Source: Roseomonas sp. | Lineage (GTDB): Bacteria > Pseudomonadota > Alphaproteobacteria > Acetobacterales > Acetobacteraceae | NCBI GenBank assembly: GCA_020249825.1 | Contig: JADCEX010000279.1 | Span: 680-64,679 of the forward strand | DNA length: 64,000 bases | Direction: 5' to 3' | Part shown: positions 56,432 to 64,000 of the stretch, piece by piece | Position numbering within the stretch: the stretch's first letter is position 1 | Layout: every line of letters begins with the position of its first letter | The notes under the pieces: generated by a model | Told to the model about the DNA's origin: nothing | Databases searched by the model: none | Seen by the model: only the letters and a program-made list of their open reading frames with translations | Program-made: the position numbers and the translations under genes

Positions 56432-57161
56432 GGCGCTTGCCGCCGAACAGGCTTTCCCAAAACAAAGTCCGCTTCAGCCCGGCAATGGCGCCCGATGGGT
56501 CAATCTGTTTTGGGCAGCGTTCCGTGCAGGAACGGGTGGAATGGCAGGAATGGCAACCCGCATCGCCCGCCACCGCATCCAGCCTTTCGCCCCGCGCGCC
56601 ATCACGCGCATCATTCACCAAAGTCCAGGCGCGGTTGAGCGCTGCTGGGCCAAGGTAATCGCCATTCCAGGCCACAACATCACATGAAGCGTAGCAGACG
56701 GCGCAGCCGATACATTCAATGCCCGCATCGGCTTCCTGACGCGCCTTGCTGCCGGGCGCCACGACAGCAAATTCATCCGGCACGGCGCCATCCGGCGCGT
56801 CCTTCGGTTGAAAAAACCCTTGCGCGCGCTGCCATTTGTCAAAGAAGGGCGCCAGATCAGCAGCCAGATCGCGGATCACCGGCAGATTGGCCAAGGGTCG
56901 CAATTCAAGCGCGCCATCGGCGCCCGCCACTTTCCGCACATGCGTCCGGCAGGTCCAGCGCGCGCGGCCATTCACTGTCATGGCGCAGGACCCGCACATG
57001 CCAACGCGGCAGGCGAAGCGATAGGCAAGGCTTGGGTCAATTTCGCGCTGGATATGCGTGACGACATCCAGAACGGTCTGATTATCCCGCGCCGGCACAT
57101 CATAGCGCGCAAAACCGCCCGCTTCCTCACCGCGCCAGACACTGACCTTGAGCTGTTCCAT
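56424..57161 (-). CDS. SDH/FRD-like iron-sulfur subunit
   Basis: CRVGMCGSC..C [2Fe-2S], CIGCAVCYASC, CHSTRSCTERCP; start trimmed to MEQLKV. Confidence 0.9.
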   Translation of the reverse strand: MEQLKVSVWRGEEAGGFARYDVPARDNQTVLDVVTHIQREIDPSLAYRFACRVGMCGSCAMTVNGRARWTCRTHVRKVAGADGALELRPLANLPVIRDLAADLAPFFDKWQRAQGFFQPKDAPDGAVPDEFAVVAPGSKARQEADAGIECIGCAVCYASCDVVAWNGDYLGPAALNRAWTLVNDARDGARGERLDAVAGDAGCHSCHSTRSCTERCPKQIDPSGAIAGLKRTLFWESLFGGKRHG

Positions 57162-57180
57162 GACCTTCAGACTAAGGCCA

Positions 57181-57197
57181 CTGGACAGCCTGTCCAG
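57181..57197. promoter_or_regulatory. palindrome, candidate operator in a divergent promoter
   Basis: CTGGACA-GCC-TGTCCAG in the 72-bp gap between the divergent Fe-S and ThDP genes. Confidence 0.45.
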
Positions 57198-57233
57198 CCC
57201 ATGGCCTGCTGAACGCAACAGGAGGAGGCAGGC

Positions 57234-58862
57234 ATGGAACAACGCGGGGCAGATATTCTGGTGGCGGCGCTGAAGCAGGCCGGAATCAGCCGCATTTTCA
57301 CCCTTTCGGGCAACCACATCATGACGATTTTCGATGCGCTGCTCGGCAGCGGGATCGAAATTGTGCATACCCGCCAGGAAGCCGCTGCGGTGCATATGGC
57401 CGATGCCTGGGCAAGGCTGACTGGCGAAGTGGGGGTCGCGATGGTGACCGGCGGCCAGGGCCATACCAATGCCATCGCCGCGCTGCCTACCGCGATGGCT
57501 GGCGAGGTGCCGGTGCTGCTGCTTTCCGGCCATGCACCCTTGCGCGAATTGGGCATGGGCAGTTTCCAAGAAATGCGCCAGGCAGATATCGCCGAACCGC
57601 TGACAAAACTTTCCTTCACCGCATCCAGCACGGCGGGGATTGGCGCCGATCTGGCGCGCGCCTTTCGTGTGGCGCGGTCAGGGCGGCCCGGGCCGGTGCA
57701 TCTCAGCCTGCCGACCGATCTGATGGATGCGCGCATCACCGCCCCCGCGCTTCCCGACGTCGCCGCCTTCGGCGCTGAGCCCATGCCGCTTGGCGAGGGC
57801 ACAGCACAGGCGATTGCGGAGATGATCGCGGCAGCGGCGCGGCCCATCATCCTGGCGCCGCCCGCCTTGTGCAGCCCGCGCGGCAAGCCGTTGGTCGCGG
57901 CACTTAGTGCGGCGGCCGGCCTGCCCGTGATCCCGATGGAAAGCCCGCGCGGGCTGAATGACCCATCGCTGGGTGCTTATGCGGGGGTATTGGCTGAGGC
58001 CGATTTGGTCGTCTTGGTTGGCAAGGCGCTGGATTTCTCGCTCCGCTTTGGCCGCGCGCCGGGGATTTCGGCCGAAGCGCGCTTCATCCAGATTGACCCC
58101 GATGCCGGCGTGATTGCGCGCGGTGCGCGGGCCTTGCCCGGGCGGATTGCGCTGGCGGCGGTGGCCAGCGCGGCCGAGGCGACCGAGGCGCTGACCCGCG
58201 CCATGAAGCCCCATGCCAATCAGGCCTGGGCCGAGCGGCTTACGGCGGCCGTGGCCTTCCGCCCGCCGGCCTGGGCCGCTTTGGCAGGCGCCACGGGTGG
58301 CCCGATTCATCCCGCGACTTTGTTCCAAGCGGCCAAATCATTTTTGGATGAAGCCCAAGACCCCGTCCTGATCAGCGATGGCGGGGAAATCGGCCAATGG
58401 GCGCAGGCGATCCTTGCCGCGCCAACGCGCATCATCAATGGCCTGGCGGGCGCGATTGGGCCATCCATCCCCTTCGCCATGGCAGCACGCGCCGCCAAGC
58501 CTGAAGCGCGCATTCTGGTGATCATGGGCGATGGGACTTTCGGCTTCCATATGGCGGAATTCGACACTGCCTGCCGCCACAAGCTGCCTTTCGTCGCGGT
58601 GGTCGGCAATGATTCCCGCTGGAATGCGGAATACGAAATCCAGAAACGCGATTACGGCGCCAACCGCACCCATGGCTGCGAATTGGCCCCCGGCACGCGT
58701 TATGACCTGGTGGCGGTGGCGCTGGGCGGGCATGGCGAATACGTCACGCGCGCGGAGGAGATTGCCCCCGCTTTGGAACGCGCCTTTGCCGCCGGCAAGC
58801 CGGCTTGCGTGAATGTGGTAATTGAAGGCCAGCCCGCGCCCAATATCAGGATGGGTGGCTAG
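57234..58862 (+). CDS. thiamine diphosphate-dependent enzyme (acetolactate synthase-like family)
   Basis: LSGNH, RQEAAAVHMADAWAR, GRPGPVHL, MGDGTFGF...GNDSRWN ThDP motif; GGAGGAGG RBS. Confidence 0.9.
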   Translation: MEQRGADILVAALKQAGISRIFTLSGNHIMTIFDALLGSGIEIVHTRQEAAAVHMADAWARLTGEVGVAMVTGGQGHTNAIAALPTAMAGEVPVLLLSGHAPLRELGMGSFQEMRQADIAEPLTKLSFTASSTAGIGADLARAFRVARSGRPGPVHLSLPTDLMDARITAPALPDVAAFGAEPMPLGEGTAQAIAEMIAAAARPIILAPPALCSPRGKPLVAALSAAAGLPVIPMESPRGLNDPSLGAYAGVLAEADLVVLVGKALDFSLRFGRAPGISAEARFIQIDPDAGVIARGARALPGRIALAAVASAAEATEALTRAMKPHANQAWAERLTAAVAFRPPAWAALAGATGGPIHPATLFQAAKSFLDEAQDPVLISDGGEIGQWAQAILAAPTRIINGLAGAIGPSIPFAMAARAAKPEARILVIMGDGTFGFHMAEFDTACRHKLPFVAVVGNDSRWNAEYEIQKRDYGANRTHGCELAPGTRYDLVAVALGGHGEYVTRAEEIAPALERAFAAGKPACVNVVIEGQPAPNIRMGG

Positions 58863-58936
58863 CCCGCGCTGCCGTCATCCCGTGTTTGATCGAATATTTC
58901 GGGGGGCAGCAACTGCATCCACTTGGGTGAAGCTGC

Positions 58937-59578
58937 TCAACCCCGCCCATAGCCCGCGAAATGCTTGGCCGCTTCGGCCAATTGCGCATCCGTCAGCAAG
59001 ACGGGCTTCAGCCCCGCCGCCAATAGATCGAGGTATTGGCCGGCAAGATTCTCAACCTCCAAGGCCAGGGCATGCGCTGCACCCAGCGTCGCCCCCACCG
59101 CCACCACACCATGATTGGCCAGCAATGCCGCCCGCCGCCCCGTGAGCACGCGGAGCGCATTTTCCGCGAGCGCCTGCGTGCCGGCGGTGGCGTGTTTCGC
59201 GCAGGCAATCTCGCCGCCCGCCAGCAGCACCATGTAATGCAAGGGTGGAATGCCCTTGCGCGCACAGGAAAGCGCGGTGGCGCGCGGCGAATGCGTATGC
59301 ACCACCGCCATCACTTCGGTCCGCGCCGCGTAAATCGCCGCATGCAGCCGCCATTCCGATGAAGGCCGATGTTTCGCGCGGCCAAGCGGGCCACCATCCA
59401 AGCCCGTGGTCACCAGATCCGCCGCCGTGGTCCGCGCATAGGGCAGACCAGCGGGGGTGATGATGAAACCCTTGGCATCGCGCACCGATACATTGCCGGA
59501 TTTGGAGGGCATCATGCCCGCCTGATCAAGCGCTTGCGCGACGCGCAGAACCTCTCGCTTCGCCTCAGCACGGGTCAC
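58937..59578 (-). CDS. class II aldolase/adducin family (FucA-like)
   Basis: SGNVSVR, PSSEWRLH, VHTHS, LLANHG; GTG start overlaps the upstream stop. Confidence 0.88.
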   Translation of the reverse strand: MTRAEAKREVLRVAQALDQAGMMPSKSGNVSVRDAKGFIITPAGLPYARTTAADLVTTGLDGGPLGRAKHRPSSEWRLHAAIYAARTEVMAVVHTHSPRATALSCARKGIPPLHYMVLLAGGEIACAKHATAGTQALAENALRVLTGRRAALLANHGVVAVGATLGAAHALALEVENLAGQYLDLLAAGLKPVLLTDAQLAEAAKHFAGYGRG

Positions 59579-61110
59579 ATGGTGGCTCCCAGCATCCAGG
59601 GGGCGAATTCCTGCGCGCCGAAGCCAAGCGCTTCGCTTTTGGTGGGTTCGCCGGAAGCGGTGCGCAGCATCAATTCGAAAATACGCTGGCCGCATTCCTG
59701 TACGCTTTCGCCACCCGTCAGGATGGTGCCGCAATTGATGTCCATGTCTTCCGACAGGCGATCATACATGGTGGTATTGGTGGCAAGCTTGATGGAAGGT
59801 GCTGGCTTCATGCCAAAAACGCTGCCGCGCCCGGTCGTGAAGCAAACCAGATTGGCGCCGCCCGCCACCTGACCTGTAGCCCCCACCGGGTCATAGCCAG
59901 GCGTATCCATGAACACAAAGCCCTTGGCGGTGACGGGTTCGGCATAGCGATAAACCTCCACCAGATTGGTGGTCCCGGCCTTGGCCATTGCGCCAAGCGA
60001 TTTTTCAAGAATGGTCGTGAGGCCGCCCGCCTTATTGCCCGGCGATGGGTTGGCATTCATCTCGGCCCCTTGGCGAGCGGTGTAATCCTCCCACCAATGC
60101 ATCACATCAACAAGCTTCTGGCCAACTTCACGCGAAACAGCGCGGCGTGTCAGCAAATGTTCCGCACCATAGGTTTCCGGGCTTTCGGATAGGATCACGG
60201 TGCCGCCATGGCGCACGAGCAAATCGGATGCAGCGCCAAGTGCTGGATTGGCGGTGATGCCGGAATAGCCATCCGAACCACCGCATTGCAGTGCGACGCA
60301 AAGTTCTGATGCGGGGACGGCTTCGCGCTTGGCGGTATTGGATTCCGCCAGCACTTCCTTCACGAAATCAATGCCCTTCATCACGGTCGCGCGCGCGCCG
60401 CTATCCTGAATATCCATGCTGCGCAGCCGCCCGGTCAGGCGTTGTTCTTCCAGCATGGGGCCAAGCTGATTGACTTCGCACCCAAGGCCAATCGCGATCA
60501 CATGGGAAAAATTCGCGTGCCGCGCAAAGCCCGCCAGAGTCCGGCGCAGCACCCGCAAGGGTTCATCCATGGTCATGCCGCAGCCGGTCTTATGCGTCAG
60601 CGCCACCACGCCATCCACATTGCCCCAGGGCGCCAAAGGATCATCGCCAGAGATAGGGTTCTTCTCAAACTGCCGCGCAATCAATTCCGCAACATGGGCG
60701 GAGCAATTCACCGATGTGATGATGCCGATGTAATTGCGCGTCGCCACACGCCCATCGGCACGACGAATGCCCATGAAGCTTGCCGGCACATCCACATAAT
60801 CGGTTGGCTTCGCATCCTGGCCCCAGGCGTAATCGCGCGCGAAATCGCCCATTTCGCAATTATGCGTATGCACCCAGGCGCCAGGTTCAATCGCATCCGT
60901 CGCAAAGCCAATGATCTGGCCATAGCGCTTGATAGGCTCGCCCTTTGCATGCGGGCGGATCGCGACCTTGTGGCCAGGCGGGATGCGCCTTTCACCCACG
61001 CTGATGCCGGGTGCGACTTCCGTACCGGGCGTGAGCGGAATGCGCGCAATCACCACGCCATCACCAGGATGCAGGCGAATGACGGGCGGCAGGGTGGTGG
61101 TGCTGGACAT
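59575..61110 (-). CDS. UxaA/GarD-family sugar-acid dehydratase (SAF + GD_AH domains)
   Basis: GHKVA, YGQIIG, TSVNCS, GLGCEVN, CGGSDGYSGITANP, SPGNKAGGLTTILEKSLG, FTTGRGS. Confidence 0.9.
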   Translation of the reverse strand: MSSTTTLPPVIRLHPGDGVVIARIPLTPGTEVAPGISVGERRIPPGHKVAIRPHAKGEPIKRYGQIIGFATDAIEPGAWVHTHNCEMGDFARDYAWGQDAKPTDYVDVPASFMGIRRADGRVATRNYIGIITSVNCSAHVAELIARQFEKNPISGDDPLAPWGNVDGVVALTHKTGCGMTMDEPLRVLRRTLAGFARHANFSHVIAIGLGCEVNQLGPMLEEQRLTGRLRSMDIQDSGARATVMKGIDFVKEVLAESNTAKREAVPASELCVALQCGGSDGYSGITANPALGAASDLLVRHGGTVILSESPETYGAEHLLTRRAVSREVGQKLVDVMHWWEDYTARQGAEMNANPSPGNKAGGLTTILEKSLGAMAKAGTTNLVEVYRYAEPVTAKGFVFMDTPGYDPVGATGQVAGGANLVCFTTGRGSVFGMKPAPSIKLATNTTMYDRLSEDMDINCGTILTGGESVQECGQRIFELMLRTASGEPTKSEALGFGAQEFAPWMLGATM

Positions 61111-61217
61111 GGGCGTTTCCCTTTGGCGAATGTTACGCCCCTTCTACCCCCGAGCGCGCCCCCCGCGCCACCGCCGGGCTTGCGCAAGCCTGCCTGAGAG
61201 CGCAATTAAATGCCTGA

Positions 61218-61311
61218 GACACCTGGGGGAGCCCTTTTGGGGCTGAGAGGCGGGCTTCACCCGCGACCCCTGGAACCTGACCCGGTTCGGACCGGCGTAG
61301 GGAAGGGTGCA
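61218..61311 (+). ncRNA. TPP (THI-box) riboswitch
   Basis: GGGGGAGC..GCTGAGAGG..GACCCCTGGAACCTGACCCGG..ACCGGCGTAGGGAAG, with P1 formed by CACCT/GGGTG; boundaries approximate. Confidence 0.9.
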
Positions 61312-61406
61312 TCGCCCATTGCCTCGCGTTTCCCTTGGGGGATGGCGCGTGCCGGGCCAAAGCCCCCCTTCCCCGCGTCAGCCGAAAGGAAGCGAAGGAA
61401 TTGGGG

Positions 61407-62984
61407 ATGTATCGTCGTTCACTTTTGGCCGCAGCCCTTGCCGCCCCCTCGGCGCGCCCTGCCCTGGCGCAGCCTAGCCGCGCGCGCACGCTGCGCTTCA
61501 TGCCGCAGGCGGCACTCGCCAATCTGGACCCGATTTTCAGCCCCAGCACCATCATTACGACGCATGCCTATTGCGTGTTTGATACGCTCTATGGCGCCAA
61601 TCGCGCCTTGCAGCCGCGCCCGCAAATGGCGGAAGGCCATAGCGTGGAAGATGACGGCAAGCGCGTGAAAATCCGCCTGCGCGAAGGGCTGCGCTGGCAT
61701 GATGGCGAAGCGGTGCGCGCCGCCGATTGCGTGGCCAGCATCCGCCGCTGGGCGAGCCGCGATGGCTTTGGCCAAATCCTGATGCGCGCCACCGCCGAGC
61801 TTTCGGCCACCGATGATCGCACCATCGAATTCCGCCTGCATCGGCGCTTCCCCGCGCTGTTCGATGCCTTGGCCAAGCCCGGCGCCTCACCTTGTTTCAT
61901 GATGCCGGAACGGATTGCGGCCAATCCCGGTGATCGATCGCTTGGCCTGGAGCACATGATCGGCAGCGGCCCCTGGCGCTTCATTGCCAATGAATATATG
62001 CAAGGTGCGCGCAGCCATTATGCGCGCAATGACGCCTACGTGCCGCGCGACGAACCGGCGGAAGCCGCTTCAGGCGGCAAGCGCGTGCATTTTGACCGGC
62101 TGGAGATGATCTGGATCCCGGATGGCGGCACGCCGGCAGCGGCACTCCGCACCGGGGAGATTGACTGGATCGAATACCCGCTGCCCGATCTGGTGCCGGT
62201 GCTGGAACGGGACCGCAATACGAAAACCCAGATTTACGACCCGAATGGCTTTCTTGGTTTCCTCCGCTTCAATCATTTGCACGCGCCTTTCAATGATGTG
62301 CGCGTGCGCCGCGCCATTCGTGATGTGATCGTGCAATCGGATTTCATGTCGGCGGTCGCACTGCCAGGTGACTGGCAGGAATGCCACGCCATGTTCCCCT
62401 GCGGCCTGCCTGGCGTGGTGGAATTCCTGCCCGCCGCGCGCGGTGAAGCCGCCATGGAACGCGCCCGCGCCGCCCTGCGCGAAGCGGGTTATGCGGGCGA
62501 GCCCATCATTCACATTAACCCAAGCGATTTCCCCGCCGTGACGCAGCAAGGCCGCCTGACGGTGGAATTGATGCGGAGGCTCGGCGTAAATATGCAGCCG
62601 ATTGAAGCCGATTGGGCGAGCATTCTGGCGCGGCGCAATAACCGCAACCCGCCGGCGCAAGGCGGCTGGCATTTGCACAATACCAATGGCCCGGCAGCAA
62701 CCATCGCCAATCCTGCCGTCAGCTTCGCCATTCGCATGAATGGGCAAGCTGCCTGGCCTGGCTGGCCAACAGATGCAGAAGCGGAAGCGCAGGTGGAAGC
62801 CTGGATCAATGCCGATGATCAGGCGGCGCAAAACGCTGCCATGCGGCGCTTGCAGGAAATAACTTGGGAATCGCTGCCCTTCGCGCCGACAGGCTTGTTC
62901 CGGTTACGCACAGCTTTCCGGCGCGACCTGACGGGCGTCTTGCAAGGGCCGAACCCGTTTTTGTGGAATCTGCGGCGGGTATGA
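61407..62984 (+). CDS. ABC transporter substrate-binding protein, family 5 (DppA/OppA-like), Tat signal
   Basis: MYRRSLL signal, LDP, VFDTLYG, LREGLRWHDG, GSGPWRF, FNHLHAPFNDVRVRRA. Confidence 0.9.
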   Translation: MYRRSLLAAALAAPSARPALAQPSRARTLRFMPQAALANLDPIFSPSTIITTHAYCVFDTLYGANRALQPRPQMAEGHSVEDDGKRVKIRLREGLRWHDGEAVRAADCVASIRRWASRDGFGQILMRATAELSATDDRTIEFRLHRRFPALFDALAKPGASPCFMMPERIAANPGDRSLGLEHMIGSGPWRFIANEYMQGARSHYARNDAYVPRDEPAEAASGGKRVHFDRLEMIWIPDGGTPAAALRTGEIDWIEYPLPDLVPVLERDRNTKTQIYDPNGFLGFLRFNHLHAPFNDVRVRRAIRDVIVQSDFMSAVALPGDWQECHAMFPCGLPGVVEFLPAARGEAAMERARAALREAGYAGEPIIHINPSDFPAVTQQGRLTVELMRRLGVNMQPIEADWASILARRNNRNPPAQGGWHLHNTNGPAATIANPAVSFAIRMNGQAAWPGWPTDAEAEAQVEAWINADDQAAQNAAMRRLQEITWESLPFAPTGLFRLRTAFRRDLTGVLQGPNPFLWNLRRV

Positions 62985-62990
62985 GTCTGG

Positions 62991-63839
62991 TCAGCATCCG
63001 CCCGGTGCTTCTTCCAGCCGCACCAGCCTGGCGCGCACGGTGAAATCGCCGAAATCCATGATCATGTCATCCGCGACGCCATTTTCGAAATAGCGGAGCG
63101 AGACTTCATAGGAAGGCGTGCTCGCCCCGCCGGCCTGTTCGGCATCGGGCTCAAAAAACGCGATGCGCATGCGCGATGATCCAAGCGCAGAAAGGCTTGG
63201 CAAATTCGCCACCGGCTGCGGCCCCTGCCAGGGTGACAAGAATGTTGTCGTCTGCTGCGCACCATCGGCTGAGGTGCCATCGAAAATCGGCGCCACCAGC
63301 AGGCGTTGGCCGGCGCGCGCGGCATTGAGCGCAGCGATGGTATGCGTATTGGGCAAAAGCGTGCCGGGCGGAATGGGCAATTCCTTCGCTTCCGGTTCGC
63401 TATAGCGCGCCACACCGCTGCCATCCGCGCCAAGCTCGGCTTGACCGGCGACGCGGCTTCTCACCGCGCCCTGCATCACCTGGGTCAGGCTGAAGCGTAG
63501 CGTCCGGCCATCCATCGATTCCAGCGTGGCATAGTCAGAACCTGTTTCAAGCTCCGTGCCTTCGCGGTCGCGCATCGTCATGGTGAAGCGCTGGCGCGAT
63601 GCCCAGCTTTCGCAGGCGTCAATCAATTCAAAAAGCATGGCGCCAGAGACATCGACAATCGTCGCATTCTCCCGCGCGCGATCGAGCGTCAGGTCGTAAA
63701 TCCCGCGATGGGAGGCCAGCGCACGGGCCGTGAGCGGCGCCAGCGGCGCGGCGGCGGCTGGCGCATCCTTCGCTCCCTGGGTCAGGCCAGGGGCGGCGGG
63801 CAGGATCAGCGCAAGGGCGAGAAGAGCAGAAAACCGCAT
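62991..63839 (-). CDS. eipB: cell envelope integrity protein EipB (DUF1849)
   Basis: LASHRGIYDLTL, DACESW, TLESMDG, IFDG, YFENGV, DFGDF; signal peptide. Confidence 0.82.
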   Translation of the reverse strand: MRFSALLALALILPAAPGLTQGAKDAPAAAAPLAPLTARALASHRGIYDLTLDRARENATIVDVSGAMLFELIDACESWASRQRFTMTMRDREGTELETGSDYATLESMDGRTLRFSLTQVMQGAVRSRVAGQAELGADGSGVARYSEPEAKELPIPPGTLLPNTHTIAALNAARAGQRLLVAPIFDGTSADGAQQTTTFLSPWQGPQPVANLPSLSALGSSRMRIAFFEPDAEQAGGASTPSYEVSLRYFENGVADDMIMDFGDFTVRARLVRLEEAPGGC

Positions 63840-63935
63840 CGGATACTCCGGGCGGCAAGGGCCGCTTTTTCCCAACATAGCCGATTCCGGCCGGTCAGAA
63901 TTGATCTTTCACAAGAAAATTTCGTGCCCCCCGGA

Positions 63936-64000
63936 TCAGCCCGGCTTGCCACCCTTCACCGGCGGCAGGTCCAACTTGATGTGCAATTCCTTGAGCCGTT
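63936..64000 (-). CDS. aspS: 3' end of probable aspartyl-tRNA synthetase (partial)
   Basis: Reverse strand reads ...RLKELHIKLDLPPVKGGKPG*, similar to the alphaproteobacterial AspS C-terminal L(K/R)ELHI motif; only about 20 aa visible. Confidence 0.5.
   Translation of the reverse strand, partial: RLKELHIKLDLPPVKGGKPG

Noticed and set aside
57162-57569. 136-aa N-terminal extension on the Fe-S subunit ORF
   Set aside because: Overlaps the divergent ThDP gene; the SdhB-like sequence begins at MEQLKV (57161).

Overview
High-GC alphaproteobacterial DNA. The gene content suggests an aerobic anoxygenic phototroph, possibly Acetobacteraceae/Roseomonas-like (inference). Positions ~1-34.9 kb are a photosynthesis gene cluster (PGC). 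On the minus strand it runs bchFNBHLM-lhaA-puhABC-hyp-acsF-puhE-hemA-bchIDO-DUF3422-crtB-crtEF-bchCXY(partial); on the plus strand aerR-ppsR-bchG-pucC-bchP-hemC. Several PpsR/CrtJ boxes (TGT-N12-ACA) are visible, including one in front of an unknown gene. crtI/C/D, bchE/J and puf genes are not in the window. The right half contains a TPR-GT41 glycosyltransferase, a LexA-boxed PA0069-type radical SAM gene, a TIGR04283/04282-like glycosyltransferase pair, purC/S/Q, clpB, a Kelch protein and chrA. The best candidate for an undescribed system is a catabolic locus at 51-61 kb. It encodes a non-canonical four-subunit succinate-dehydrogenase-like complex, a split Fe-S fumarate/tartrate-type hydratase, a GNAT protein, a TauE exporter, a divergent ThDP enzyme, an aldolase and a UxaA-family dehydratase; an organosulfonate or other succinate-analogue pathway is my hypothesis. 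After it come a TPP riboswitch in front of an orphan DppA-like binding protein, eipB and the 3' end of a probable aspS. All calls rest on motif recognition; no database searches were run.
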